Positions 1-13,818 of a DNA stretch of 64,000 nucleotides are shown here, one piece after another; position 1 is the first letter of the stretch, and every line of letters begins with the position of its first letter. A program made the position numbers and the translations under genes. The notes beneath the pieces were generated by a model. The model searched no databases. It saw only the letters and a program-made list of their open reading frames with translations, and was not told the origin of the DNA. Origin of the DNA: Pseudogymnoascus verrucosus (taxonomy: Eukaryota). The stretch lies in assembly GCA_001662655.1 (NCBI GenBank), contig KV460257.1. One strand, written 5' to 3'.

Positions 1-1069
1 CTACTCGGACACTTTGAAACTGGCCTTGTTTAATTGCTTGCATAGCTAATAGTATTCTATCCTCTTGATTAGAGGATTTGGCTTGTGTTGGTCGTGGCAT
101 TGTTGACTATAGTCACATTGACGCGTTTTGGTGTTTTGGTGGGCCACTCGTTCGGGTGGGCCACTCGTACGGGAAATACGTTATCATTTCTCCAGCGTGA
201 ATGCTTTCATATATCGTTTTAGATTCGATTTGGGTTGCTCAGCACATCCGCACACGCACATCCGAACGCACATCCGAACAGCCATCACACAATATATCCT
301 ACCCTCCGGGGCTGCATCAAAAGTTGGAGAAAATACATGATATTCCCCCCTCCGCGCGCACAGCAGAGCTAGATAAGATAATGGCCACTTCCCCAACCCA
401 TTCCCCCTTCCATTCCCCCACACCCTCCTTCTCTCTCCCGTCTCTCCATCCCATCCCATTCACCATTCACCTATATACAACCCTCCCACCCCTTGCCCTA
501 TCTATCCAGCCAGTCCATTATATCTCTCCCATAAACACATCCATCTCCCCACAAATCCAAAAACCCACCCCCGCCTCCCCTCCCCCCTGCCCCAAGCTTT
601 TTTGCCCCTCCTCCCCCCCGCATTAAATAGGCTGGTATATATATCCCGTCCGTGAAAAATCTGTATAAAAAAATGTCCCCCCGCCCCATTCGTTTGGTGT
701 GTTGTCGAATTGATTAGATCGTTGAGAGTAGTTAGTTGGTTGAACCCAAAATCCAAGTTCGTTCGTTCCGTCTCTGGTATCCCTCGTGCATCTCTCATCC
801 CTCGTGTTGTTTGTTGCCCCGTCGTAAAGGTGATCCCGCTTCCATCCCAGCTCATCACGGTCGTATCCTCTCAACTTCATCTCTAAACCCATTGCATACC
901 ACCCAGCCCCCAACCCGATTCCAAGCCAGTGTTGTATCCTTCTTAGCCCTCTGTAACCGTCGCCATACCCCGTCCAGAATATATACAAATCCCCTTTCCC
1001 CCTCCCCCCCCCAACTAAAAACTAGATAATCGTCGTCTACCCACCCACAAGCGGTAAAAGCATCAACAA

Positions 1070-4000
1070 CTACCTTCTCTTTCCCCCCTCCATTCCCCCA
1101 TCATACCCCCACCCCCTCTTCAGACCCCCCTCATACACACTCGCCACGCTCTCCTGCCACATACTCGGGCTGACAAACGTCGTCGTCGGTGGCGCCACAA
1201 ACTGCTGTTGCGCGAGGAGATGCTGCTGCGCCGCGGCCGCTGATCCCATCGGCGGCAGCGGAATCAACGACGACGTACCCAACATATCTGGCATGGCGCT
1301 CAGTTCCCCGCCAGCGTTAGACATATGGCGTATCGTATTCTGTTGCGGTGGACCGACGGACATGGATGCCGCGGAGGGAGTTTCGAAGGTGGTGTTCCAT
1401 TGGCTGTAGTTGCATTAGCAAGTTATTTTCACAGCCGACAAAAAGTGAAAAAGAGGAAAAAGAAAGGGGAAAGGGGGTACGCACTCAAAAATCCTCGCCG
1501 GATTCCACGCCGACGGATCCGGCATCGACATCGCCGTCTGCATCCCCTGCTGCTGCTCCGCCATCCTCCCGCCCGCCATCATAACTAACCCCACCGCCCC
1601 CGCGCTCTCCACCTTCGTCATGCCCCCCGCCGACACTGGGCTCTGCTCCGGCGGACTGGTGTACGTGACATGGTGCTGGCTCGCATGCTGGTTCAGGCTC
1701 TGATGCGGGTGGTCGACCGAGGATGTCGGTGATAGGGTGGATTGCTGGTATTGTAAGGTAGGGGGCGAGCTTTGGTTGCTCGAGGTAGGGCTGCCGTAGG
1801 GGAAGCTGGGCTTGAGATCGAATGGCTTGCGTGTGTCTGCTGAGAAGGCCTCGCGGAGGGCGTCGATTTGCTGCTGCATATCTGGCATGGGGCAAGCGGT
1901 TGTGCAGCGCTCGAGGAGTTGCATGTGGCGGGTGAAGTACTCGCGGGCGTCCATATTAAGGTCCGGGTCCGGGGATGTGAGCGCGACGAGGTGGAGAACG
2001 GTGCAGGTGAGGATACTATAGACGACGTAGTTGACGCCGCGCACCATGCAGAGGAGTCCATTCATGCCGAAGGTATCCAGGACTGCTTCCTGGAGACGAC
2101 AGAGCAGTTTGGCGTTCGTGTAGGCGATCAGCATGTGGCGCTTCCATTTTCCGTCAGGGTTGCTGGGGTCGAGACTCGCTAGTTGCGGGCGATGCAACAT
2201 GACTACGCCGAGGCAGAATTGTATGTGTATGTTCCCTAGAGCATGGGTTGGGAGCCATGGCGGGGATCCGTCGGGGGGGAAGGTGACCTGGAGATCTTGC
2301 GGGAGTTCGGCCATCCATTTGTCGAATGAGGGGTTGAGCTGCAGGAACTTCGGGTCCATGCCCACCTCCACCTTTTTCTTCTTCAGCTTGCTGTACACGA
2401 CGGCCACGTTCCTTATATGCCCGACGCATCGCGCAAAGTACGTGAACTGCCGTTGGATGTGGTAGTCTGAGTCGTCCACCCCTGGCATCGGTTTGGGGAT
2501 GCTAAAGTCGACGGTATCCGCATCCACGGAAAGCAGGTGCGTCCTGCCCTGAGGCGAGCCAACCATCAGCTCGACAACGAAGATGACAAGCCATATTCGT
2601 GTCTTAATAGCACAGTCAATGTTAGTATTCCCACACGGCCTCCCTGCCTTGTGATCCTCGTAATGTTCATCAAGTCCCATATCCCGCGCCATAGTGACGC
2701 ATTGCACAACTGTCATCCACGACCGGTAGTAGTAGCCTCGTTTGGGTACGGCTTCTCTTGCCTTTAATATGATAAGCATGGCCTGTAGCGTACTTAATCG
2801 GGGGTCATCCATAAATGAAGTAGCATGCCCTGTGATCGTTAGCATAATTTTTGAACTCTTCACGGGACGGCAAAACTCACGGGTAGCTAAGGCGAGCCAT
2901 TGTTGCCCCTGCGATGGCTCATCCTCAAGTTTCCCCGCATGCGCAAACATAGCCTCTAGAATTAGCGGCGAGATAGCTTCCCTATCACCATGCCACTGCT
3001 GGTAAAACAATGTCTTGTTCAGCACCGGAACGTAAGGGTGTATGTTGTTGAAGTAAACATCGAAGTAGCGCAACGCCGTTTCCTCGTCCGGCATTAGCTC
3101 AGGGGGTATCCGTATCTTCGAACCTGGCCCTGCGATTATTTGTGTAATAGCGAAATTATCAGAATCCTCAAACACAGCCTCCTCAACCGCCGCGGACTCC
3201 TTTTTCCTGTTACTCAGGTACGGTGCTGTCATCATGGTTAGCGCCCTTCCTATCCCAAAAGAACTAACCAAACTAACCAGTCCCCGATTCATCCATCTTT
3301 AGAGCTCCTAGATACTCCGCAAGGTCTTGCGTGCCGTACGGATCAGTCTGGTACATTTCCGGTGAGTGGGTTTGCGACAGCTGCGATTGTGACATCTGCC
3401 GTTGAGGTTGGTGTTGCAGAGGTTGGTGTATATTCTGCTGCATAGGTTGCTGCATAGGTTGTTGCAGCGGCTGCTGCAACTGCTGCTGCAAAGGCTGCTG
3501 TAACGGCTGCTGCTGGATTGCCGCCGGCATAGACGTAAAAGAAGGCTGCGGGGGGTAATTGTTGTCCATAAGGGCCGGCGGGTTCATCACAGCGGCATAT
3601 TGCATCTGCTGCTGCTGACTCGAGGTTTGCTGGGGATAAGCCATTGGCTGCTGATAACCATTATTCTGAGTCGAATATGAGATCTGCTGCACATATCCCT
3701 GCGGCTGTCCATTCTTATCTATCGCCTGCATATGCTGCTCCAACGAGGTGTAATCCTCGTCGCCGCTGCCGCTCTCATACTCTCCCTTCTCGGGCTCGAA
3801 GCCGTGGCTCTGGCCGCCGTCATAGTTGGCCGTCGGCGGGATGCAGTGCAGCTTGAGGCGTATACAGGCCGAGCAGGGCCAGGTGTTCGTCGTAGCGGCA
3901 TCGCACTTGATCTTGCGTCGTCGGCATCCTTCGCAGGCTCGCATCACTGGCACGACATACATCAGTAACAAGTTCCCGGTCCAAAAACAGCCACCAATGA

Positions 4001-4349
4001 TTCAGAACTAACCCTTCAGCCGCTTATGGCGATTGTGTTCGTCCACGAACACATAATCTACTTGATACCGTTAGCAATTCGCTCGTCGTCGGCCAAGTGC
4101 CCATCTTCTCGGCGGCTTACTCTTCTGCGCCTCGCGCGGAGCAAAGTTGTTCGGCGCAAAGGTAAAGGTCTGCGGCTGCGAGCTCTGAGGAAGCAGGCGT
4201 CGCACGCCCGCTGGGTCGCCCGACATCGAGCGGGGTTGGAGCACCGGCGGCGAGGACGAGTAGGCAGTATGGTAGGGATCCAGCGGCGTCTGGAAGGTGT
4301 CGCTGCCGTCGAGGAAGAGAGCGCCGTCGTCAACAAGCGAGTCTATCAT
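1070..4349 (-). CDS. Zn2Cys6 (GAL4-type) transcription factor with fungal TF middle-homology region; possibly McrA/VAD-5/ASM2-like (unverified recollection)
   Basis: Spliced model: start at 4349 (MIDSL..) or 4226 (MSGDPAG..); introns 4120-4058, 4012-3947, 3277-3226, 2880-2830, 1484-1404, all GT..AG with CTAAC/CTGAT/CTAAT branch sites. Joined protein reads NYVFVDEHNRHKRLKVMRACEGCRRRKIKCDAATTNTWPCSACIRLKLHC, then a Q-rich tract and the YFNNIHPYVPVLNK region; TAG at 1070-1072. Confidence 0.9.
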
Positions 4350-5519
4350 GAACAAGACGGTGGCACCGAGGCTCGCCCACAGCACAGGAACGCGTGCGGT
4401 GGTGGTGGTGGTGGTGGGTGTGTGGGATGTGTTTCGAGGAGTGTCGCTCCGAGGCAGGACAGCGCAAGGAGGTGGCCGTTCCACGCAGGTCGCCGCCTAG
4501 GATCGTGCCGGGTATGTCAGACGTCGAGTTGTTTGTCGGTGGGCCGCAGGAAGGAGTCGATTCGGTGGGCGCGAGGCAGGTGGTGGATTTTCCTTGTTCG
4601 CGAAGTTGTAGCAGGGGGCCTGGAGAGTGATTGACGGGGCTAGCTTGCGCGGAACCCGCTCTTAACAGCTCTGACTTGGTGGGACTCGTGGGACACGATG
4701 CTCATACATGCCCTCTGTGGTCGAATTAAAAGCTGGCGATTGATTGTGGTTGAGTGAAGGGTAGTTATTGAGTAAGAGTAATCAAGAGGTTCGGATTTTG
4801 GGCTTTGCGAGATACTCGGGGTTTCGATGGCGGGTGGACGGAAAGTTGCGGTAGGCAGATTTGCGGCCGATGTATATTTCACATGTACTTATACTGGTAC
4901 TCTTCGTACAGTAGTACTATTGTTTTTTTCAATGGCTATGTATGAGCTGATTCCCTTTACCAGCGAATGGAAGAATATGGTTTTCCTCTCGTCGTTCTCT
5001 CTCTCGTCTTGGAGTTGGCTTGTTCTGCCTGGCAGCTTCGTCTGTGCGAGTCTGTATCCCGTCTCTTGTGTCTCCAAGGAGATCCCGTCCTAAGCAAGGA
5101 GGGCGTCCTCAGGGTCCTCACGCGCAGAATGAGACGGGTCGACCTTAATCTCGGGGCCTCAGGGAGGCAAGGAGAGAGGATCAGGGCGTGAGTGCGGGCT
5201 GGTAGTGGTAATATTGGGCGAGTGTGGCACTCTTCTCTCCCTTCTTTCTGGATCAAAGACGGTTGGAGGGGAGGATCGATATCACCGTGGGGGAGTATTG
5301 TCAAGGGGGAGTGAGGGGCGGCCGGGATGGTGGGTGGAGAGTGTGGTGGGTGGTGGGTGGTTGTTGTGGGTGGTTATGGGTGGTGGTAGGTGAGGGATTG
5401 AGGGATTGAGGGATTCTGAGATGAGTACCGTTGAGTACAAAGGATCAATTGATTGGGAAAGAGAGGATGTGGGGGAGGAGTGAGGTAGAGGGAGGAGGAG
5501 GAGGGAGGGGGGTAGAGGA

Positions 5520-5960
5520 GGGTAGAGTTAGAGTAGAGTAGTGGTGTAGTAGTGGGATAGTAGTGGTGTAGTAGTAGGTGTAGTAGTGGTCATAGTAGTG
5601 GTTATAGTAGTGGTAAAACAGTAGTAGTAAGGCAGCAAAAGTAGGGTATAATAGGGTCGTAGGGTAGTAAAGTAGTAGGGTAGTAAAGTAGTAGGGTAGT
5701 AAGAGTAAGGGTAGAAGACTGTAAATCCAGGATAGAGATGGGGGTTATGGTCGTGTAGGAGTGTGGGAGAGGCAGACACGAGGCTAGAAGCGGGAAGAGC
5801 AGCAACGCCTCCTCTAGTCAGACCGGTCTAGGATTGATTTGCCAGCCTGGTCTACTCTAGTAATAGGTGTGGTCTAGTATAGCTTGCATATAGCACTATA
5901 CGGACGGTAGTATGGTAGTGTAGGTAGTATTGTAGCAGTAGTAAGTAAGTAGTAGTAGCA
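5520..5960. repeat. Degenerate (GTA/GTG)n low-complexity tract
   Basis: Runs such as gtagtagtgg, gtagtaggtg, tagtaaagtagtaggg; produces spurious Tyr/Thr-rich ORFs. Confidence 0.7.
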
Positions 5961-6984
5961 CTATCTATCCTTATGGCTGGTCTCTGGCTCTGGTTCATCG
6001 GCGCCGCTGGTTCATTCTTCGCCTCTAGACAGGAGAGGGAAAGGTGCCAGCCGGTGTTCTTAGTTCCATCTGGCTCTACTCTAGTCATTCTGTTGAAGAA
6101 TGATGAGCGATGAGGGATGATGGAAAGAGCGATTTAAGGCCCCACTTCGGCACTGCGGCGGTATTCAGTACGAAAGGTTAGAACGTTGTAGCCTATGTAC
6201 AGTAATTAGAGTAGTAGAGTAGTAGAGGAGCAGAGAGCAGTCAAGTCATGGGCATGGTAGTCGTGATCCTGGATAAAAGCCGCAGTTATGCATCTAAGAG
6301 CAAGTTATACCTAAGTACCCCTCCTAACCTATCCAGCCATCAGTACACGAAGATGACGTCCAGTTGCAGCACATTGCAGCAGCCTCGATGCATCAATCAA
6401 AGTACCGAATAGTGGACATACGCAGTGAGGGTACATACACACCAGGATAGATGGCGGATAGAGTAAGTGGCAGGTTTATGTCGACTCTCTCTCTCCCTTA
6501 GCATGTACACTATAGCATGTTATGCATATAGCCACCCCATGCCCCTCCCTACCTTACTCGTGCCACAGTGACTATTCAAGACATTGTGTGTGGCATTAGC
6601 ACGGAGGAGCCACGATTTTAACAGTACGACAGGGACAGGAAACAGTCAGATCAAGTCAGACATCCCAACCGGTCTGTTAGTCAGGCGTCTGTCAGTCTGT
6701 CAGTTTAATGCAGAGTTAGAGAAGAGTACACAGTACCATAGTCATCGGGCGTAGACCACGAGCAAAATAAGCACAGAACCCCCCTCATAAGGCAGTCGAT
6801 TGGTACAGTAGTCAGTACTGTGCAGTACAAGCAATGCCCCAGCCAGTCTTGGTGTGCTATGCTTGAAAGTAAAGTAAAGTCTGTCAAGGCAAGGACGACC
6901 GTACCATCCATACATACATGCGATCGCAAGTTACGAGTTGAGTTTTGATGCGGGTGAGATGCGTATGTACGACCAACTATACTT

Positions 6985-7017
6985 CTAACACTCCTAACAC
7001 TCCTAACACTCCTTAAC
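6985..7017. repeat. 9-bp tandem repeat (CTAACACTC) x ~3.5
   Basis: ctaacactc ctaacactc ctaacactc cttaac seen directly. Confidence 0.8.
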
Positions 7018-10000
7018 ATCCATGGATCGTCTCCTGTCCCTTCTTCCACTTTCGTCTCATACTGCTTCAACCTCTCCTGCACAAACTATAGTAATTATAG
7101 TAATACCTCTCCTATCTACTGCATCTCTCCTGTACCATGATGTGTGATACAACATGGCAAAAACATCCCGCCCAACCCACCAAGTCTTGGCCCCATCTCC
7201 CCAAACTCTTGGCTGTGTCTGGGCCATCCCACTGTCTGGGCTCCGTGGAGCCTAGCCTCTTGTTTCACTTTCGCGAAATGCGATCTGGATTTCCGCCCTG
7301 GTGAGATTAGAAAATGATTTTTTTGTGATTCGTATAGGGTAGTTAGCTTGCAGTAGTAAGGGTTATGTATATATAGTATGCGACTAAAATATCATCCCCG
7401 TCCGTACGTACCTTGATGATAGAAAAATGCAGCAATTACTTGCGTTAAAACGTCCCATCGTGGCAACCCAAACATCAAAATCTGAGAGTAAGTCGAGTCG
7501 AGTAAAATCGGTACCTCCCCTCCCCAGCCAATCCGCCTTCATTCCCTTGTACCCCTCAATCCCTCAATTCCCTAATCCCCCCTAGTAGCAGAGTCGAACG
7601 CCAAAAGCAAACCCCACCACCACCCAGCCAGGTACAAGGGGGCTACAAAGGGGTACAACTCCCTCCAAAACGGGGAACAGACTGAAACACAAAAAGAGCC
7701 CCACGAGTTACTCCCCCGCCAATCACAACCTGGGGATGGCATATGCGGGGGGTGCTGAGAAACATCCCAGAGCACGATGCTGTGGTGTGGGATGTACCAT
7801 GTAGTACTGAGATTATGTACTACTGGGCTGTTTGTATGTATCCTATGGGGACTCCAGAGGATGGCGTGTGTCGTAAAGAAAAGACGTGGGAAGACGTGGG
7901 AGAGTCGTGGGCGGCCACACGCTATCGTCGTGACTGATCGCCCCAATAGAGTACAAGTCCCACCAGCCTACCCACAGCGCCACTTAAACTGGGGAGGGGC
8001 ACAGTAAAGGAAAGGTGACTGAGTGGGTGATTGTTTCCCGCCTTCATCAACTACCGTAACAGAGGTTAGAAGGGAGAGAGAGAAGGCGAAGAAGAAGTCA
8101 AAACAGTACTTCCAGTAACAGTACAAGAACCACGACTGTACTTTACCAAGATATCTCACACCCATCCAATAAATTCCCCATAAACGTTATAATTCATCAG
8201 CGCCATCGGAAAACGCCACCGTCAGATATGACACCACCCACCACCCATCACATTCGTGTCTCTCTTGCTTCCCATCCACTCCTTTCACATCCAGCCTGCA
8301 CCATCAATAATCATGGCTCTGGAACAGGGACAAGACACCTGTCTCGCTCACTCACTTCCCACTCCCACTTGCCATCTCCCCCCCACAGACAGCAGACCGC
8401 ATGGTTTCGTCGCTTATCACATGCACTTTCCCGCGGCCCTAATCTGCGTCAGCAAATCACCGAGGCCCACCCATGCGCGATCGAAAGAAGGAGGAGGAAG
8501 AGACAGAGATGAGCGAGACGAGAGGGGAGGGGGCTTTCGCATGTCTGACTGACTGACTGACGCCCTGTTACCCGAAAGGAAACAACCACACCACACACAC
8601 ACCACTTGACCGGGGGTGCGGTTCCCACTTCCGGAATGAGCATAAATTCAGAATTGGGATGGATTGGATGGGGGTTGAATTTGGCGCGGCGGCGGCGGGC
8701 GGGCTTATGCTGTAAGCTTGCATGGACTTTTGCACAATTTTAAAATTTTGTGCGGATGGGGATTATGAGATGAGGCTGCTGCTGCATAAGCAAGGCAAGC
8801 ACAGGAAATCGGTAGTATGATGTTTCGATGCGGCGACATACGGATTCGTCCTCCAGCATGTCATTTGGCTGAAAACCATCACCAGTCACGGGGTGGGCAG
8901 CGTCTCACACCAGCCTTGCGCTGTTGTTGGTAGTACCACAGCAGTGGATTTGACATGTCTCCCAATCCTCCTAATTCCGCATCTCCGCGCTGCTGTTGCT
9001 ACTGCTGCTCCTTGGGCCCAGATTGTGAAGCGGCATCTCCGCTCTATTCCCTTCCTTTTCCCTCTTTTCCCCCTTTCATGGAGATAATAATGGGACGATG
9101 ATGGGAAGATGGGCACCTGAGATGAGAGACATGGTACTGTAGGGGCAGAGGGCAGGGCGAGACCTAGCCAATGGACGTGTGTGGCTGGCTGTCGTGGTCA
9201 TGCCATGGCGGCCTGAACAAGAACTGACTGCTCGCAAAGAGTGGCAAAAGAGGGCTGTCGATGGCCCAGCTAACTACTAATCTACAACAGTCAAATCAGT
9301 AGTACCCGATAGAGCATCCCCCTAGGAAGTACAGAGTGCTTAACTATGAAGTCTATCAAGCCTTAGTCCTGAGTTAGTCCGTCACATGCGCCCCTTCAGT
9401 GGCCTTGGGAGATACCCGGCTAGACAATGACAATCCACCACTATACCGCTCAGCACGCGATTCACGTTACCACATACACATCGAGCCCGAAGCCCCATCG
9501 CACTATACCGCACTGCCTCCATGGTGGGTTGATGAGGCTGTAGATCCTCATGTCCCTGCAAACAGTAAACAATGCGGGGTGTGAGACATGCCGTCCCTAT
9601 CCAGTCCAGTAACAGTAGCCGGCAGATAGAGTTCAGTGAGATCAAGTAGTTACGAAGCCGTAGTAGTGTACTCCGTAGCAGTAGCACTCCAACAAAGAGA
9701 GGAAGATCAGCTACCTAAGCCTCATCGTCCTCCCCAAAGAGATAGGCGCAACCGAGATCCGCTGCTCCGATAAGAAGAAGGGGGAGAGGGGGAAAGCGCT
9801 TCTCAGACAGAGACCGTTGACCGCCGCCGTTGATCTTAGGGGTGCCAAACGGCCACATTAGCAGATGAGTGTCGTTCATCCGTTTCGTTTCGTTTCGGTT
9901 CGTTTCAGTGTCATCGTTTAGTTGTCAGCTTCGGCACCGCGCCACGGCAGTAACACACCGATCAAGCCTTACGATCTTGCATATCTGCAGGGCTTGCACC

Positions 10001-10433
10001 GTCGGGATGGCACCCTCTTTCGCGGTTAGCCTCTCGATGCGGACAGGATGCCTAAATCGGGGGCAACACCCGCCAAACGTCTGGGTTGTTGTTGGTTTGT
10101 TGGTTTCTTGTTGGTGGTACAAGGTCATAAACTTTGGGGGCCTGGAAACTTTACTTTCTTGGGAATTGTTGGTTTGTTGGTGCTTGGGTTGCAGCACATC
10201 ACAACTTGGGACCCACGTGACGTTGGTTGTGAACCTTATTTCCACCCGATGGGTGGTTTAGCGCGGGGTGTGTGGTTTCGCTTATCGATTAGAAATCGGC
10301 GTTGAAGGGTTGGACCATCGATATCGGCGTATCTGCAGCGGCGAGTCTTGAGTCTATTGGGAAACCATTACACCAACCTACCTCCATTCTTCTTAAGCCC
10401 ACTATCGTCTTAATCGGACAAACAACCGCAATA

Positions 10434-11114
10434 ATGGCAATCGAAAACGCAAACCCCACAATCATCAACGTCGACGAGCTGCCCACACGGCGGGGTAAGC
10501 CAAAGACCCTGACCAAGGACGACCACAGCATCCTCTCCCTTCTCGCGCCTACCCCCAATCCAGCCCTGCAGATCTACCTCGATGGCGAAGAGCCGCTCTC
10601 TGACGCCGAAGAGGAGCTGGCTGAGGAACCTATAGATGAACAGGAAATCTACGGTTCGTCCATAACCCCCTTCCCCGCCTTCTCCAATCCGCCTCACCTT
10701 ACATATCCACCACCTGATAGATGAGCCTCAACTAACACCCCCCCAGACCTCATCTCCACCATCTCCGACCCCGAACACCCCCTCTCCCTCGGCTCCCTCG
10801 CCGTCGTCAACCTCGCCGACGTCTTCATCACCCCCTCCTCCCCCACCCCCACCGAACTCGTCACAGTCACCGTCCTCATCACCCCCACCATCACACACTG
10901 CTCCCTCGCCACCGTCATCGGTCTCGGGGTCCGAGTGCGCCTCGAGCAAGCCTTACCGCCGCGTTACAGAGTCGATGTTAGAATTAAGCCGGGCACGCAT
11001 AGTCAGGATGAGCAGGTGAATAAGCAATTGGCGGATAAGGAGCGGGTGGCGGCTGCATTGGAGAATGCGACGCTTTTGAAGGTTTTGATGACGATGCTGG
11101 AGACTTGTGCATAG
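10434..11114 (+). CDS. CIA2: Cytosolic Fe-S assembly component CIA2 / MIP18 (FAM96B) family
   Basis: ATG 10434, intron 10654-10746 (GTTCGT..CTAAC..CAG), TAG 11112-11114. Protein contains EPIDEQEIYDLISTISDPEHPLSLGSLAVV, ITPTITHCSLATVIGL and VNKQLADKERVAAALEN, the hallmark motifs of the family. Confidence 0.93.
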
Positions 11115-12969
11115 GGAGGGTTAAATTAGGATGGGAGGAGGAAGGAGGAAGGATTGCTGGTGGAGGTGCGGGATGCAGTGGTACTGCACGGGGAAGCCAA
11201 GGGTGGTGAGAATCTGGGGATGGGGAAGAGAGAGAGTGGGATTGACGATGCCGTACTCTCTACGGGAGGTACGGCGCTCACCGGTGTAAAAGGGCATACC
11301 GCAGTGCATCAGCGCCGCATTCGGCGGATGAGGTTAAGCTGAGTGAGCCGATCTACCTATATGACCTCGTGTCGCCAAGGAAGGATCAAAAACTGGGCAT
11401 GGATCTACGTAACAGCAACCGCAAGCCGTAAGCTGACATCCCGTTCTGGACGTCAAGCAGTCACCACCAGCATACACAACCCCGTCTTCCACAGCACCAC
11501 AGGCACGCGAACTATAGATAGATACCCTACATACATACATGCACACAGCACACCACACCACTACGGTGCATAATTATCCCAAAAAAATGATACACCTAAA
11601 ATACCAAGCCTCCAACAAACATGCAATAACCTTTTTGCCAATTACCCGTCTTGGCAGGACCGCTGCCCAGCCGCGCAGCGGACCAGGGATATGGCCACTC
11701 ATGGGCGCGGCATTTCTGGTCATCGGGCCTTCTTCCGAATTTTATAAGATTTTTTCTCTCTTGCGTTGCGGGTGCAGGGATGGAGTGGGCGAGGTGGGAT
11801 GGATGGGGAGGCGGATCGCGCGGCTCGCGCGGGCGGGTGGGCGGTTAGGATGTCAGAGACAGAGAGTTATATGCACATCCACACACTTGGCGTAGGTAAG
11901 TCCGCGGGGATAGGTGATACCACCATCCCCTTTCGCACCTCTTCTATCTCGCAGTGCAGGATCCGCGCAGGGGAGTCCCACCACCAGCCCCATCTTAGGG
12001 GGGAATTCCAGAGATTTGGTGTTTCAAGTATCACGTTTCGGGCCACGTGGGGTGACAGCCCACTGCGCTGGTGTTGAGATGAGGTGGAGTAATTCCTCCT
12101 ACAAGTGAAAAGGGGCAATGACACTGGTACCATGCACTCGCTACGCACAAACGCCGCGCGCGGACGACTGATGTCCGTCCGTCCCGTCCGGGCCGGGTGG
12201 TGGGTGTATAGCAGAGGTGTTATACAGGCGCCACATGGCAAGGTAGGTGTGTGCTTTGCGTGGCCGTGTCGTGCACGGTTCGCGGAGAATTGGGCGTGGG
12301 ATATGTCCGTCGGATATGTCCGCGGCATCCGGTGAGGATGGAGGGTGAAGGGTTTGAGATGGTGGTTATTTTGCCCCTGAGAAGGTTTGGGTTTGTGAGT
12401 TTTTTGGGGTTGATATCTACTCTTGTTACCTTCGCTGCTTGTTCAATTTGGGAGAGGTGCTTTGTCTAGTGGGGTGTTTTGGCTTGCAATGGCAAAAGTA
12501 TGTGTGGTCTCTCTATTTTATTTTCAATACAGCAGCTCGGTTTAGGCATTGTGTCTGGGAGTTCTTGAACTATTTTCTCGAGATTCACTTGTGGCTGCTA
12601 GAGTTTACTTCGTGTTTCACTTCAGTAACTCTCTCAATTTTCTTTTCTTAATCCAGAAGCTTTGCTTTGATGATCTCTCCCTGTGGGTTCAATTCTTTTG
12701 TCAATCCAGAATGTTATATCTCGAATCTTTTTCACTACATTTCTCAATTTTTTCCCAGATCAGAACGAAGTTCAATTCAGGGGATGCCTATGTCCCGAGC
12801 TTTCTCAACTGATCATTTGCTGTTCACTGGTGACTTGGGACTACATCTATTCTCTATCCCCTATGCCCGAACGAATTGCCTTGGGGCATATCCCATAAAC
12901 CTCCTCTCCAAATAAATATCTCCTATTTGTCATGCCCAAGCCTTAGCTCTCGTATCCCGGCATAATGCC

Positions 12970-13818
12970 TCAGTAATAATTTCCATCATCGTTGGACGCA
13001 GGGTTGAACTCCTCCAAGTCAATAATACTACCAGTATAACACCTCCTTGATATTTTCCCCTCACACAACACAAACACTTTCGACTCCGCCGCAATCCTCA
13101 AAACCTCCCTCTGGTCCCCCCTCTCTTGCCATAGCCATAACAAAGTCAAGCTAGGAAAAAAAATCGAATCCGTCGCTACATCGATATAAACCCTCCTCAC
13201 ATGCTCTGGGTACACCGCCATAGAGAGTTCCCATCGCTCCCGCGCCTGATGACGAGAGAGATGGCATGTGTGCAGCAACGCAGGTATCCGGGCCGATGAA
13301 CTGATTTGAGCCCAGGGGAGTGCATTTGGCCTGTTTGGTTCGCTATATTCTGGAGGGTCGACGCGCAGGATTACGCGTCGGTCCGGCGCAGTGTCGACGG
13401 CCAACTTCCAGACCGGGACGCGGATCTCGAAGGGGAGGTAGGGGAAGTAGTGGAATTCTGTCAGTTCCGGCGGCTTCGTGATCTGCGGGGGCGGACGAGA
13501 TTTCAGCCGGATCTGGAAGTGGATGTTGGAGAAGTGGTCGAGGGGGAGAGGGTTCAGGGGGTTGAGGGTGAGAGGACGGGGATGAGATTTAAGTCGGATC
13601 TCGAGAGGGCGGCGGGAGAAGCGGTGGACGGTCTTGACGTCAAGGATCCTGATGATTCGGGGGTAGTATCTGAAGGTCCGGGGAGGAGGTCTGATGCGCT
13701 GGAGTGCGCAGTTCCTTCGCTTTAGCTTGCGGATCTTTATTATTGCTGTGCGGAGACGGGCTTTTAGCTGTTTGATCTTTTTCTTGTGGATTGCCGGGGT
13801 CTTCTTTGGCTTCGGCAT
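12970..13818 (-). CDS. 2EXR-domain protein (paralogue 1) with basic N-terminal extension
   Basis: 282-aa ORF with FHYFPYLPFEIRVPVWKLA ... IPALLHTCHLSR ... VYIDVATDSIFF; TATA-like element about 80 bp upstream (~13898). Confidence 0.75.
   Translation of the reverse strand: MPKPKKTPAIHKKKIKQLKARLRTAIIKIRKLKRRNCALQRIRPPPRTFRYYPRIIRILDVKTVHRFSRRPLEIRLKSHPRPLTLNPLNPLPLDHFSNIHFQIRLKSRPPPQITKPPELTEFHYFPYLPFEIRVPVWKLAVDTAPDRRVILRVDPPEYSEPNRPNALPWAQISSSARIPALLHTCHLSRHQARERWELSMAVYPEHVRRVYIDVATDSIFFPSLTLLWLWQERGDQREVLRIAAESKVFVLCEGKISRRCYTGSIIDLEEFNPASNDDGNYY

Noticed and set aside
1037..1072. Stop-loss (readthrough or editing) extension of the first Zn2Cys6 TF at its TAG
   Set aside because: Another in-frame TAG follows after about 10 codons, so no substantial extension is encoded.
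5528..6088. Tyr/Thr-rich ORFs on the - strand
   Set aside because: Artefacts of the (GTA)n low-complexity tract; no splice or codon-bias support.
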